Positions 22,507 to 33,668 of a stretch of DNA of 64,000 nt are shown piece after piece. A program made the position numbers and the translations under genes. Position 1 is the first letter of the stretch. Each line of letters starts with the position of its first letter. Below the pieces are notes generated by a model, which was not told the origin of the DNA, did not search any database, and saw only the letters and a list, made by a program, of their open reading frames with translations. This stretch comes from an uncultured Thermoleophilia bacterium (GTDB lineage: Bacteria; Actinomycetota; Thermoleophilia; UBA2241): positions 608,001-672,000 of the forward strand of contig CAVQSP010000011.1 of NCBI GenBank assembly GCA_963715985.1, read 5' to 3'.

Positions 22507-25500
22507 TCAGCCGGAGGTGCCGGAGAAGATGGTACCCGTCACGGCGATGCCGATGCCGATGTCCTGCCCTTCGAGGCGGGCCGTCTCGCGATGCTCGCCC
22601 GCCGCCTCCGCCATGACCAGCTCGCCGGCGAGCGTCTCGGCGCGGATCGTCTCCGCGTGGCGCTCGACCACCGGGACGAGCTCGGCAGGGACGGCCAGCC
22701 ACAGCTTGATGGTATCTTCGATGCGCAGGCCCGCGTTCTTGCGCGCGAGCTGCACGGCGTGCACGAGCTCGCGCGCCACGCCCTCTTCGCGCAGGGCGTC
22801 GTCCACGTCCGTCCTGAGGGCCACCGTGCGGCCGCCTTCGGACTCCACCTGATAGCCGTCCGGCGAGCCGGTCTCGATGAGGAGGTCCTCCTCGGTGAGC
22901 CAGAGCTCGCCGTCGCCGGCCTTCAGGGCCACGGCGCCGGAGGCGCGGAGCTCGGCGACCAGGGCGGCGGCGTCCGTCTCCTTGAGCGCCGCCTGCAGCG
23001 CGCCCAGCCGCTTGCCGAGCCGGGGGCCCAGGACCTTGAGGTTGGGCTTCACGGTGTAGGCGACCAGCTCGCTCTCGTCGCCGGCCACCCGCAGGTCCTT
23101 GACGTTGAGCTCGTCCAGGAGCACGTCGCGCAGGTCTTCCACGGAGCTGCCGTTCGGCCTCGGGCAGCGCCACGACCACCTCGGCCAGCGGCTGGCGCGT
23201 CTTGACCGCCGCGGCGTTGCGCGCGGCGCGGCCCATCTCGACCACGCGCCGCGCCGCCGCCATGTCGAACGACACGCCGGCGTCGATGGCCTGCTCGTCG
23301 ACCACGGGCCAGGCGCACAGGTGCACGCTCTCCGGGGCCGCCGGGTCCACGCCGCGCACGAGGTTCTGGTACAGCTCCTCGGCCACGAACGGCGTGAACG
23401 GCGCCAGCAGCTTGCACGCCGTCACCAGCGCCTCGTAGAGCGTCTGGTAGGCGGCCAGCTTGTCGGTGTCGCTCTCGCTCTTCCAGAAGCGGCGCCGGCT
23501 GCGGCGCACGTACCAGTTGCTGAGGTCGTCCACGAACTCCTGGACGGCGCGGCAGGTGCCGGTGGCGTCGTAGGCCTCGAGGCCGTCGGTGACGGCCTGC
23601 ACCAGCGTGTTGAGCTCGCCGATGAGCCAGCGGTCGAGCAGCGGCCGCTCCTCGAGCGGCACCGGCTCGGCGAGCGGATCGAAGCGGTCGATGTTGGCGT
23701 ACACCGTGAAGAAGCTGTAGGTGTTCCACAGCGTGAGCAGGAACTTGCGCACCACCTCGTCGACCATGTCGGCGCTGAAGCGCCGCGGGCTCCACGGCTG
23801 CTGGCTCGAGAACATGAACCAGCGGAAGGCGTCCGCGCCCTGGTGGTCGAGGATGTCGTCGGGCTGCACCACGTTGCCCTTGCTCTTGCTCATCTTCTGG
23901 CCGTCGCCGTCGAGGATGTGCCCCAGGCAGAGGACGCGCTTGTACGAGCTGCGGCCCTCCACCAGCGTGGCCACGGCGAGAAGGCTGTAGAACCAGCCCC
24001 GCGTCTGGTCGATGGCCTCGGCGATGAAGTCGGCCGGGAAGCGCTCGCGGAACGTGTCCTCGTGCTCGAACGGGTAGTGCCACTGGGCGAACGGCATGGA
24101 GCCGGAGTCGAACCAGGCGTCGATGACCTCCGGGACGCGGCGCATCTCGCCGCCACACTCGGGGCAGGTCGAGGACGACGTCGTCGACGTAGGGACGGTG
24201 GAGTTCCAGATCCTCCGGGACGGGACCGGCCGCCAGCTCGCGCAGCTCCGCGATGGAGCCCAGGCAGTGCAGGTGACCGTGCCCGCAACGCCACACCGGC
24301 AGGGGCGTGCCCCAGTAGCGGTCGCGGCTCAGGGCCCAGTCCACGTTGTTGGCGAGCCACTCGCCGAAGCGCCCTGTCTTGATGTGCTCCGGGTGCCAGA
24401 CGACGGCCTCGTTGGCCTTGAGGAGCTCGTCCTTGACGGCCGTGGTGCGGATGTACCACGTCTCCTTGGCGTAGTAGAGCAGGGCCGTGTCGCAGCGCCA
24501 GCAGAACGGGTAGCTGTGCTCGTAGGGCTCCACGCCGAGCAGCAGGCCGCGCTCCTTGAGGTCCTCGGTGATGGCCGGGTCCGCGTCTTTGACGAAGACG
24601 CCGGCCCACGGCGTGACCTCGGCGATGAAGCGGCCGTCCAGGTCCACGGCATTGACCACCGGCAGGTCGTTCTCGAGGCCCACACGCATGTCATCCTCGC
24701 CGAAGGCGGGGGCCATGTGCACGATGCCGGTGCCGTCCGTGGTGGTGACGAAGTCGGCGCCGACCACGAAGTGGGCGCGCTTCTCCGGAGTCATGAAGGC
24801 GAACGGTGCCTCGTACGCCAGGCCGAGCAACTCGGCGCCGGGAAGCTCGCGCTCGACCACGGCGTGCTTGCCGAGCACCTTGTCCACGAGGTCGCGGGCG
24901 AGAATGAAGCGCTCGCCGCGGCTCTCCACCAGGGCGTACACCACGTCGGGGCGGACCGCGGTGGCCACGTTGCTGATCAGCGTCCACGGAGTGGTGGTCC
25001 ACACGGCCAGCGAGACGGGCACGCCGGGAGGCGCGCCGAGCCTGTAGGCGGCTTCGTCAGTCGAGCCGGAAGCGCACGTAGATGGAATCCTCGGTGACGT
25101 CCTTGTACCCCTGCGCCACCTCGTGGCTGCTGATCGCCGTACCGCAGCGCGGGCAGTACGGGACCACCTTGTGGCCCTCGTAGAGCAGGTCCTTGTCCCA
25201 GATCTGCCGCAGCAGCCACCACACCGATTCGATGTACTCGTTGGTGTACGTGTAGTAGGCGTCCTCCATGTCCACCCAGAAGCCGATGCGCTCGGTGAAG
25301 CGCTCCCACTCCTCCAGGTAGGTGGTGACGCTCTCCCTGCAGAGCTTGTTGAACTCGGCCACGCCGTAGTCCTCGATCTGCTGCTTGCCGTCGATGCCGA
25401 GGCGGCGCTCCACCTCGAGCTCCACGGGCAGGCCGTGGGTGTCCCAGCCGGCCTTGCGCGGCACGCGGTAGCCGCGCATCGTCTTGTAGCGCGGGAAGAG

Positions 25501-25716
25501 GTCCTTGAAGATGCGCGAGACGATGTGGTGGGAGCCCGGGCGCCCGTTAGCCGTGGGCGGACCCTCGTAGAAGACGAAGACGGGGGCGTCCTCCCGCCCC
25601 ACGAGGCTCTTCTCGAAGATGCTGCGGTCCTTCCAGAAGGCGAGGATGCGCGCGTCCAGCGCCGGGAAGTCGACGCGCGCGGACACCTCCTGGAAGCGTG
25701 GCTGCTTGTCGCTCAC
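22507..25716 (-). CDS. ileS: Isoleucine--tRNA ligase, type 2 (several indels)
   Basis: [54 protein letters not shown] across ORFs 25057, 23049, 22313, 22507. Confidence 0.93.
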
Positions 25717-26041
25717 GTGACTCGCTTTCGTCGGGCGGCGGGCCGAAGGGCCGGGTGGCCGGAAGGCCGATTCTACCAGACGGCCACGAGGCGGGCCGGA
25801 CCGCATGGGGTCCCGGCCGATGGGCGAGGTCGAGGACAAGCGGTGCCTCTCGCAGCCACAAGCATCTGGCGCGACGAGCTGGAAGGCGAGCCGATCACGT
25901 CGCGCCCGATCATGACGCTGAGCGCGGCGAGCGCCCTCCCGCCGTTGTTCCAACGCCCCATGGGTCGTCACGAGCCCGACCAGGGCCCGGCCCCGACGGG
26001 GTATAGTCAGGTGTGGAATCGATCGAGAGGTCGCAGCGCTC

Positions 26042-26365
26042 ATGAAGACGGACGCGGCATCAGCGCTTCAGGGACTGAAGATCAGGCTGGTCGCACTGTT
26101 TGGCCCTGAAGTGGAGCTCAGGGTCTTTGGCTCGGTCGCGCGCGGTGATGACCGCGAGTCCTCCGATATCGACGTCCTCGTACTGCTTCCCGGGCCGATA
26201 GATCACGCCACCGAAGAGCGGGTGTTCGACGCCGCGTACGACCTGGAGCTGGAACACGGCGTCGTCTTCGGCGTCGTCGTGTACGAGAAGGCATTCTGGG
26301 ATTCCGATCTGGCAGCCGGCATGTTCCTCCATCGCAACATCGAGCGCGAAGGGCTGACCGTGTGA
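26042..26365 (+). CDS. Minimal nucleotidyltransferase (MNT) domain protein
   Basis: [15 protein letters not shown]. Confidence 0.88.
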   Translation: MKTDAASALQGLKIRLVALFGPEVELRVFGSVARGDDRESSDIDVLVLLPGPIDHATEERVFDAAYDLELEHGVVFGVVVYEKAFWDSDLAAGMFLHRNIEREGLTV

Positions 26366-26781
26366 ACGAGCGTCTCATTCGCTTTCGCAGAGACAGAGCG
26401 AGAGAGACCTTGGCCGACGCCCGCGTGCTGATGCGCGATGGCAGTCCCGCGTCAGCGCTCAACCGCATCTACTACGCCATGTTCTATGAAGTACTGGCCC
26501 TGCTCCACACGCAGGACCTGGCGTCAGCGAAGCACTCGGGAGTCCGCGCGCTCTTCAACGAGCACTTCGTCAAAGCCGGCATCGTGCCGGTGGAACAGGG
26601 GCGCCTGTTCGCGCGCATGTATGACTTCAGGCAGAAGAGCGACTACGGCGACTTCGTGCAGATCCAGCCTGACAAGGTCGCCGATTGGCTGGAGCAGGCG
26701 GTGACGTTCATCGATGGACTCGACCAGACCGTTGAGGCCATCATGGCAGGCCACGGCCGAGAACCTCGCCCTCGGCCCTGA
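26362..26781 (+). CDS. HEPN domain protein
   Basis: NRIYYAMFY, KHSGV, RQKSDY; GTGA overlap with MNT. Confidence 0.85.
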   Translation: MNERLIRFRRDRARETLADARVLMRDGSPASALNRIYYAMFYEVLALLHTQDLASAKHSGVRALFNEHFVKAGIVPVEQGRLFARMYDFRQKSDYGDFVQIQPDKVADWLEQAVTFIDGLDQTVEAIMAGHGREPRPRP

Positions 26782-26791
26782 CGCCGAGCGA

Positions 26792-27940
26792 CTACAGCTC
26801 GTAGTCCCAGGGAGCGTCGATCTCGCGCAAGGGGAGCACTCGGACATTCTCCGCCAGCCGATAGGACGTGCGGCCGGGATAGACGACCCAGAGAGCGGCC
26901 AGCTCAAGGTCCTCCAGGGCCACCCTCATAGACCGGGTCAGGCGCGGAGCATCCTGGTACTTGAACTCCACGCCCCACGTGCGCCCGCCCCACTGCCAGA
27001 ACAGATCCAGCTCGGCTCCGGCGTGGGTGCGCCAGAAGGAGAGCTCCTCTGCCTCCCGATCAAGGGCCTGACAGGTGCACTCCAGGGCGAATCCCTCCCA
27101 TGACGCGCCCAGTCTGGGCGAGGACTGCAGCTGCTCCATCGATTCCACCGACAGGAGGGCATGCAGCACGCCGCTGTCTCGGAGAAAGAGCTTCGGCCTG
27201 CGAACCACCCGCTTGCCGATGTTCGTCGCCCAGGGCGCCAGGAGACGGACCATGAAGGCGCCCTCGAGGATCTCGCAGTACCTCCGCACCGTCATGTCGG
27301 AGACCCCGAACGATCGCCCCAGCTCGGAGTAGTTCAGGATCTGTCCGTGGTAGTGACTGAGCATGGTCCAGAAGCGCCGCAGGGTGCGCGCCGGGATGGT
27401 GATGCCGAGCTGGGGAATGTCCCGCTCGAGAAACGTGGAGATGTACTGCCGACGCCAGACGAGGCTTGCTTCCTCAGTCTCCGCAAGGAAGGAGCGTGGC
27501 AACCCACCACGCAGCCACAGCGCCGCCGCGTTCTCCGCGCCGATGTCACTCAAGCGAAAACCACCCAGCTGATGGAAGGCGATGCGACCGGCGAGCGTCT
27601 CCGACCCCTGGCGGATCAGATCGCGCGAGGCACTTCCGAGGATGAGGTACTTCTGATCCGCCCCGCGATCCACAAGGTAGCGCAGCAGGGGGAAGAGGTC
27701 CGGCTGGCGCTGGATCTCGTCGATGACTATGAGCCCCTTGAGATCCTCGAGAGCCAGTTGCGGCTGCTCCAGCCGCGCAGCAGCCCGAGGGTCCTCCAAG
27801 TCGAACGAATGGTCCGCGGCGAACGCCTGGGCCAGGGTGGTCTTGCCGCACTGGCGCGGCCCCAGGATGGCCGTGACGGGAAACGCCGCCAGTAGTCTGC
27901 CAACGGCCTCGATGTCCCGCTTTCGTGCGACGAGATCCAT
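26792..27940 (-). CDS. AAA_14 ATPase with C-terminal DUF4143 domain
   Basis: GPRQCGKTT, IDEIQ, LILGS, PKLFLRDSG, ELD..VEFK. Confidence 0.9.
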   Translation of the reverse strand: MDLVARKRDIEAVGRLLAAFPVTAILGPRQCGKTTLAQAFAADHSFDLEDPRAAARLEQPQLALEDLKGLIVIDEIQRQPDLFPLLRYLVDRGADQKYLILGSASRDLIRQGSETLAGRIAFHQLGGFRLSDIGAENAAALWLRGGLPRSFLAETEEASLVWRRQYISTFLERDIPQLGITIPARTLRRFWTMLSHYHGQILNYSELGRSFGVSDMTVRRYCEILEGAFMVRLLAPWATNIGKRVVRRPKLFLRDSGVLHALLSVESMEQLQSSPRLGASWEGFALECTCQALDREAEELSFWRTHAGAELDLFWQWGGRTWGVEFKYQDAPRLTRSMRVALEDLELAALWVVYPGRTSYRLAENVRVLPLREIDAPWDYEL

Positions 27941-27957
27941 GTCGAGACGCTACGCTC

Positions 27958-28002
27958 TCATCATTGAAATATCAAGGCCAATACATGAGTTTTCAATGAT
28001 GA
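27958..28002. promoter_or_regulatory. AT-rich 12-bp perfect inverted repeat upstream of the DUF4143 gene
   Basis: TCATCATTGAAA-N21-TTTCAATGATGA. Confidence 0.65.
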
Positions 28003-28051
28003 CCGGGAGCGCCTTTCCGGTGTCGTTCGCCGCGGGCTGCTCGACCGCCAC

Positions 28052-28150
28052 GTCGCCCTCGACTACGACGGCACGCTCACCACCCACGAGTGCAGCGAGG
28101 TCGTCCTGCGGCTGAGAGGGCGGCGAGTGGCGACCGCTCGAGGACGACGC
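28052..28150 (+). pseudogene. Diverged copy of the 5' end of the HAD phosphatase gene
   Basis: VALDYDGTLTTHECSEVVL..EWRPLEDD; 38/42 nt identical to 28775-28816. Confidence 0.75.
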
Positions 28151-28197
28151 CTGCCGCGTCCGGCGGAGGCGCACCGGGCCCGTCGCCTCTGACTGTC

Positions 28198-28389
28198 TCA
28201 ACCGGCGAACAGCCGCTCGAAGAGCGCTTCCCGCGACAGGCCGAAGTGATCGGCGACCTCTGCGAGGATGCCGGCGACTGTGCCCACACGGAGAGGGGCG
28301 TGGCGCGGGATCGTGATGTGGTGCTCGCCGCCGAGAGCCGACAGAGAGCGCGCGAGCTCCTCCCCCGAGAGGTCCCGCGGAAGCCTCAT
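28198..28389 (-). pseudogene. HicA-like toxin with internal in-frame deletion
   Basis: MRLPRDLSGEEL..EHHITIPRH..LRVGT; GSH motif segment absent. Confidence 0.65.
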
Positions 28390-28595
28390 ACCGCGATCAG
28401 TCGATCCCGCACGAAGTGGAGTCGGATCACGCGGGGACGGAGTGCTTCGCCCTCGAAATGGCAGTGCACTGCGTCGCGCACCTGCGTCTGCAGCGCCTCC
28501 AGATCGTCGGCCTCAGCGAAGATGGACGCGCCCAGTGCGTGCGCGGAATACCCACCTTCGGGCGCTTCCTCGACTACGAAGATGATCTCGTCCAC
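28386..28595 (-). CDS. HicB-like antitoxin
   Basis: EIIFVVEEAPEGGYSAHALGASIFAEAD..VRDAVHCHF. Confidence 0.75.
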   Translation of the reverse strand: MDEIIFVVEEAPEGGYSAHALGASIFAEADDLEALQTQVRDAVHCHFEGEALRPRVIRLHFVRDRLIAV

Positions 28596-28762
28596 GTGAA
28601 GACCTCGGGGTTGGCAGGGGTGGGCAGCAACATTGTACTCGCGGCAACTGGGCTCCGGTACGCCCCGGTGGCCGAGAGGCCGATGACGCCTGAGGCGCGG
28701 CCGGGCGACGAGCGGCGCGACCGGCCCCGGGGCCGCCCACCGCCCTCATGTAGACTCACGGC

Positions 28763-29425
28763 ATGCTCGCCTTTCTCGACTACGACGGCACCATCACCAC
28801 GCACGAGTGCAACGAGATCGCGCTGCAGCGCTTCGTCGGCGACGCCTGGCGGCCCATCGAAGACGAGATCAAGGCCGACCGGCTCGGGCACGCGGAGGGG
28901 TTCGAGCGCCAGATCGGCCTCGTGCAGGCGCCGCGGGCGGAGCTCCTCGGCGCCCTCGTGGACGCCGCCGTCCCCTCGCCGGGCCTGCACGGCTTCCTGG
29001 GTGAACTGGAGGACCGCGGCGGCCGGGCGGTCCTGGTCAGCGCCGGCCTCCGCGAGGCCATCGAGGCCGTCTGGCGCCGCGAGGGCCTGCCACCCGTGGA
29101 GCTGTACGCCAGCGAGCTCATCGGCGGCGGCCCGGACGGCGGACCGCCGTTCCATCTGGAGTTCAACGCGGCGCTGGGCGACTGCCCCCGCTGCGGACCC
29201 GGAGTGTGCAAGGGCGCACTCCTGCGCGCGCTGCGACACGCGGACGAGACGGTGCTCGTCTTCGGCGACGGCGCCAGCGACGTGTGCCCGGCGCGAGAGG
29301 CCGACCTGACCTTCGCCCGCGACCATCTCGCCGAGCGCTGCGCCGAAGAAGGTATGGAGTGGCGCCCGCTCCCCGATTACACCGCCGTGTGGGACGAGGT
29401 CGACGCGTGGGCGAGACGCCGCTGA
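28763..29425 (+). CDS. HAD-IB family phosphatase (MtnX-like)
   Basis: DYDGT, VSAG, CK, GDGASD. Confidence 0.85.
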   Translation: MLAFLDYDGTITTHECNEIALQRFVGDAWRPIEDEIKADRLGHAEGFERQIGLVQAPRAELLGALVDAAVPSPGLHGFLGELEDRGGRAVLVSAGLREAIEAVWRREGLPPVELYASELIGGGPDGGPPFHLEFNAALGDCPRCGPGVCKGALLRALRHADETVLVFGDGASDVCPAREADLTFARDHLAERCAEEGMEWRPLPDYTAVWDEVDAWARRR

Positions 29426-30759
29426 GCGACGCCGGCCCGGGGCTCGTTGCCGGCGCTCCGGCGGCGGGTCCGGCGCGGGCACCGCTCCCGGCTCGCCCGG
29501 CGAGCGAGACGGCGCTCCTCATCGCCGCCGCCGTCGCCCTGCAGGCCCTCGTCTGGGCCGTGCTCGTCGTCCTGCTCTACCAGCTGCGGATCGGCTACAG
29601 CTTCCACGACCTCTCGGACTCGCTGTGGTACATCCACTACGCGGACCTGGTCGCCCGCGGACAGCGCGTGTACCGCGACTTCTCCTTCGAGTACCCGCCG
29701 CTCGCCCTGCCCCTCCTCCTGCTGCCGCCGCACTCCAGCGTTGCCGCCTACGAACGCTGGTTCAGCATCGAGATGATCGTGCTCTGCTCGGCCGCCGCCG
29801 CACTCACGGCGGCGGCCGCGGCTTCGCTGTGGCGCGGGCTCGGCCGCCCGCTGGCGGCGGCGGTCGCCTTCGCCGCCGCCGTAGCGGCCGCCGGCGCCGT
29901 GACCGCCCATCGCTACGACGCGGCGGTGGCCCTCACGCTGGCCGCCTGCGCCCTGTTCCTCGCGCGCCGGCACACCACGGCCGCCGCCGGGGCGCTCGGC
30001 GCCGGCTTCGCGCTCAAGCTCACGCCGGCCATGCTCCTGCCCCTGGTGCTCATCCTCGCTGAGGGCCGGCGCCGCGTGCTGTGGGCTGTCCTGGCGTTCG
30101 CGGTCGTGGCCGCCCTGCCGTTCGTCCCGTTTCTCGGCGACGTGGCCGGGCTCGCGACGATGGTCTCCTACCACGCCGACCGCCCGCTGCAGCTCGAGAG
30201 CGTGCCCGGCACGCCCTACCTGGTGGCCGGCGCTCTGGGCTCTACGCGCGTGAGCACAGGCAGCGCCTACGGCTCGCAGTTCCTGGCGGGGCCCGGGGCG
30301 ACCGCCGTGGCGGCCGTCGCCCCCTGGCTGGGCGTCGTGCTCGTCGCCGGCGTGTACGTGCTCGTGTGGCGCCGCCGGGCGCTGCTGCGCGCGGCGCCCC
30401 AGTACGTCCCGCTCGCCGCCCTCACCTGCGTGCTCGTCTTCACCGCCTGCAACAAGGTGCTCTCTCCCCAGTTCCTCGTGTGGACCTTCCCCCTGCTGGC
30501 GCTGGTGCTCGCCGGCGAGGGCCGGGGGCAGCGCGCGTGCGGCCTCCTCACGCTGGCGGCGATCGCGCTCACGCAGGTGGAGTTCCCGGCCCTGTACTGG
30601 AACGTGGTGGCGCTGCACCCCGCGCCCGTGGCCGTGGTGGTGGCCCGCAACGCCGTGCTCGTGGGCGCCGCAGCCGTCGCAGCCCTGACCCTGTGGCGCC
30701 TGCCGCGCCGCCTGTCGCCCGCAGGCGCGCCGCCGCAGGCCCGCGCGCCGGGTTTCTGA
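29422..30759 (+). CDS. GT87 family membrane glycosyltransferase
   Basis: FEYPPLA, RYD, LKLTP, RPLQLES, KVLSPQF; start uncertain. Confidence 0.8.
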   Translation: MSDAGPGLVAGAPAAGPARAPLPARPASETALLIAAAVALQALVWAVLVVLLYQLRIGYSFHDLSDSLWYIHYADLVARGQRVYRDFSFEYPPLALPLLLLPPHSSVAAYERWFSIEMIVLCSAAAALTAAAAASLWRGLGRPLAAAVAFAAAVAAAGAVTAHRYDAAVALTLAACALFLARRHTTAAAGALGAGFALKLTPAMLLPLVLILAEGRRRVLWAVLAFAVVAALPFVPFLGDVAGLATMVSYHADRPLQLESVPGTPYLVAGALGSTRVSTGSAYGSQFLAGPGATAVAAVAPWLGVVLVAGVYVLVWRRRALLRAAPQYVPLAALTCVLVFTACNKVLSPQFLVWTFPLLALVLAGEGRGQRACGLLTLAAIALTQVEFPALYWNVVALHPAPVAVVVARNAVLVGAAAVAALTLWRLPRRLSPAGAPPQARAPGF

Positions 30760-30853
30760 GCCGCCGCCGGTCACATATCATGGCGGCGGCCCAGCGGCCG
30801 CGCGGCCGGCGTCGCGCCGCGCACCTCCCGCTCCCGCGCCACACCGAGGACGA

Positions 30854-31273
30854 GTGGACGACAGCCTGAAGCGCAGCCTCATCCAATTCGTGAAGTTCTG
30901 CTTCGTGGGCGGCAGCGGCGTCATCGTGAACCTCGCGGTGTTCAACCTCACCCTGTTCGCCTGGGACGCGGCCTTCGGCGACACGCCCACCGCCGCCAAG
31001 TACCTCGGCAACGCCCTCGGCTTCGTCGTCTCCGTGCTCACCAACTACTACCTCAACCGGCGCTGGACCTTTCGCTCCTCGGGCGCCGTCTCGAGCGAGC
31101 TGCCCAAGTTCTTCATCGTCAGCGTCGTGGCCTATCTGGCCAACGTCGGCGTGTTCACCGTGTGCCTCTCGGTGCTGGGCTTGGGCCCCAACCTCAGCCA
31201 GCTCATCGCCATCGCCTGCGTGATGCCCATCAACTTCGTGCTCAACAAGCTCTGGAGCTTCCGCCACGCATGA
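30854..31273 (+). CDS. GtrA family protein
   Basis: QFVKFCFVG, NYYLNRRWTF, NFVLNKLWSF. Confidence 0.9.
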   Translation: MDDSLKRSLIQFVKFCFVGGSGVIVNLAVFNLTLFAWDAAFGDTPTAAKYLGNALGFVVSVLTNYYLNRRWTFRSSGAVSSELPKFFIVSVVAYLANVGVFTVCLSVLGLGPNLSQLIAIACVMPINFVLNKLWSFRHA

Positions 31274-32571
31274 GCGCCGCGGCCGACACCCGCCGCACGC
31301 ACCACGTCAACGTCCCGGCGGCGCTGCTCGTCACGCTCGCCCTCACGACGCTGGTCCTGGTCGTGCTGCTGCCGAACCTCTGGTACCGGCTGCACGACGT
31401 CAGCGACATCCCGGTGTACCAGGGCTACTCCCTGCGCCTGTCACAGGGCGAGCGGCCCTTCACGCCCTCGTTCGAGATCGAGTACCCGCCGCTGGCCGTG
31501 CCGCTGTTCCGGCTGCCCGGCCACGCCGCCGACCCGCTCGCGTACCAGCGCTGGTTCACCATCGACATGGGCGTGCTGACCCTGCTCACGGCGGCGGTCA
31601 CGGCGCTCGCGGCCTGCCGCTTCTGGCCGCGCGGCGGGCGCGCCTACGTGACGGCGGTCCTCTTCCCCGTCTCCGTCGCGCTCATCGGGGCGATCATCGT
31701 CAACCGCTATGACGTGGCCGTCGCCCTGCTCATCGCCGCCTTCATCCTCTGCCTGTCCGCCGGCTGGCACACCGCTGCCGCGTTCCTGCTCGGCATGGGC
31801 TTCGCCCTCAAGTTCACGCCCGCCGCGATGTTGCCGCTCGTGCTCATCATGGCCGGCAGGCCCAGGCGCTGGCTGTGGCCCATCGTCGCCTTCGCGGCGG
31901 CGGCCGCGGCACCGTTCGTGCCGTACCTGTTCTCCTCGCCGCGCGGCCTCTGGTACGTCTTCCAATACCACCTGGAACGGCCGCTGCAGATCGAGAGCGT
32001 GCTGGGCACGCCGATGATGTTCGGCAAGCTCATCGGCGTCATGCACGCCGAGTGGGGCCACAGCCACGGCTCGCACATCCTCGTGGCCAAGGGCGCCGGC
32101 ATCGCCGCCAGCGCCTCCGGCGCCCTCACCCTGCTGGCCGTGTTCGCCGTCTACCTGCTCATCTGGCGGCGGCGCCGGCGCCTGCGCGAGGCGCCGCCCG
32201 ACCAGGCCGTGGCCGTCCTGGCTCTGATCCTCGCCCTGATGACGTTCGGCAAGGTGCTCTCGCCGCAGTACTTCATCTGGACGCTGCCGGCGTGGGCGCT
32301 GGTGGCCGCCCGGGACAAGTGGATCGCCGTCGTCGGCGGCCTCACCCTGCTGCTCACCGGCATCGAGTTCCCCGCCCTCTACTGGCGCATGCTGGACATG
32401 CACCCCGAGTCGGTGGCCGTGCTGGTGGCGCGGAACGTGGCGCTGGTGGTGACGCTGGCGCTGGCGTGCTGGAGGCTGTGGGGGTTGCCGGCACACGACC
32501 GCGACGCGCTCGCGCCGTCGGCCGACCCGAGCCTTCGCTACACCGCTCCCCAGACGGTGCGCCGCACGTAG
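31270..32571 (+). CDS. GT87 family membrane glycosyltransferase
   Basis: IEYPPLA, RYD, LKFTP, RPLQIES, KVLSPQY; paralogue of 29422..30759. Confidence 0.85.
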   Translation: MSAAADTRRTHHVNVPAALLVTLALTTLVLVVLLPNLWYRLHDVSDIPVYQGYSLRLSQGERPFTPSFEIEYPPLAVPLFRLPGHAADPLAYQRWFTIDMGVLTLLTAAVTALAACRFWPRGGRAYVTAVLFPVSVALIGAIIVNRYDVAVALLIAAFILCLSAGWHTAAAFLLGMGFALKFTPAAMLPLVLIMAGRPRRWLWPIVAFAAAAAAPFVPYLFSSPRGLWYVFQYHLERPLQIESVLGTPMMFGKLIGVMHAEWGHSHGSHILVAKGAGIAASASGALTLLAVFAVYLLIWRRRRRLREAPPDQAVAVLALILALMTFGKVLSPQYFIWTLPAWALVAARDKWIAVVGGLTLLLTGIEFPALYWRMLDMHPESVAVLVARNVALVVTLALACWRLWGLPAHDRDALAPSADPSLRYTAPQTVRRT

Positions 32572-33668
32572 TCGGTGTAGCTGAGGATGATGCCGCACGA
32601 CCTTCTCGGAGACGTTGGGCACCTCGTAGTCGGCGACCAGCCGCAGCGACGCTCGCCCCCGCGCGGCTGCGCTGTCCAGGATGCGCAGGCCCTCTGCGAC
32701 GCGCGGCCACTCGAGCCCGGTCAGCATGACCGCGGCCTCCTCCATGGCCTCGGGGCGCTCGTGCGCCTGGCGGATGTTGAGCGCCGGCAGGTTGAGGATG
32801 GACGCCTCCTCGCTGATGGTGCCCGAGTCCGAGAGCACGGCCCGCGCGTTCAGCTCGAGGTGCACGTAGTCGGAGAAGCCGAAGGGCTTCAGGATGCGCA
32901 CCTCGGGCGGCAGCGAGACGCCCGCTGTCTTCGAGCCGCTTCCGCGTGCGCGGATGGGTGGAGACGCACCACCGGGAGACCGTACGATCCGGCCAGCTGC
33001 CGGAGCAGCTGCGACGAAGAGCTGCGAACTGCCGCTCGTCGTCGATGTTCTCCTCGCGGTGGGCGCTGACCACGAAGTACTCGTCCGGCGTCAGGCCGAG
33101 CTCGCGCGAGGATCTGCGAGCCTCGATCCGCGGCCGGTAGTGGTGGAGCACCTCGTACATCGGGCTGCCGGTCTTGATCACGCGGTCCGGCGGGAGTCCC
33201 TCGCGCCAGCAGGTACTCGCCGGGAGATGTCGCTGTACGGCAGGTTGATGTCCGCGATGTGGTCGACGATGCGGCGGTTGATCTCCTCCGGCACGCGCTC
33301 GTCGAAGCAGCGGTTGCCGGCCTCCATGTGGAACACCGGGATGCGCAGCCGCTTGGCGGCGATGGCGGCGAGGCAGCTGTTGGTGTCGCCGAGGATGAGC
33401 ACCGCGTCGGGCCGCACCTCTGCGCAGCGCCGCGTCGGCGCGCGCGATGACGTTGCCGATGGTCTCCGCCGCCGTCGCGCCGGCCGCCTCCAGGTAGTCG
33501 TCGGGCGGCGCGCAGCTCCAGATCCTCGAAGAAGACCTGGTTGAGCTCGTAGTCGTAGTTCTGGCCGGTGTGGACGAGCACGTGATCGAGGTGCCGGTCG
33601 AGCGCGGCGATGACCCGGGAGAGCCGGATGATCTCCGGCCGCGTGCCGAGGATCGTGGCGACCTTCAC
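32538..33668 (-). CDS. fnlC: UDP-2-acetamido-2,6-dideoxy-L-talose 2-epimerase (FnlC/WbjD/Cap5G-like), frameshifted
   Basis: [54 protein letters not shown]. Confidence 0.8.

Noticed and set aside
25717-26040. T-box riboswitch upstream of ileS
   Set aside because: No GGTGGNACCGCG-type T-box seen; an extended -10 (TGGTAGAAT) lies about 55 bp from the start, leaving too little leader
19994-31441. Long alternative-frame and antisense ORFs rich in Arg, Pro and Gly
   Set aside because: Shadow ORFs expected from high GC3 codon bias over real genes
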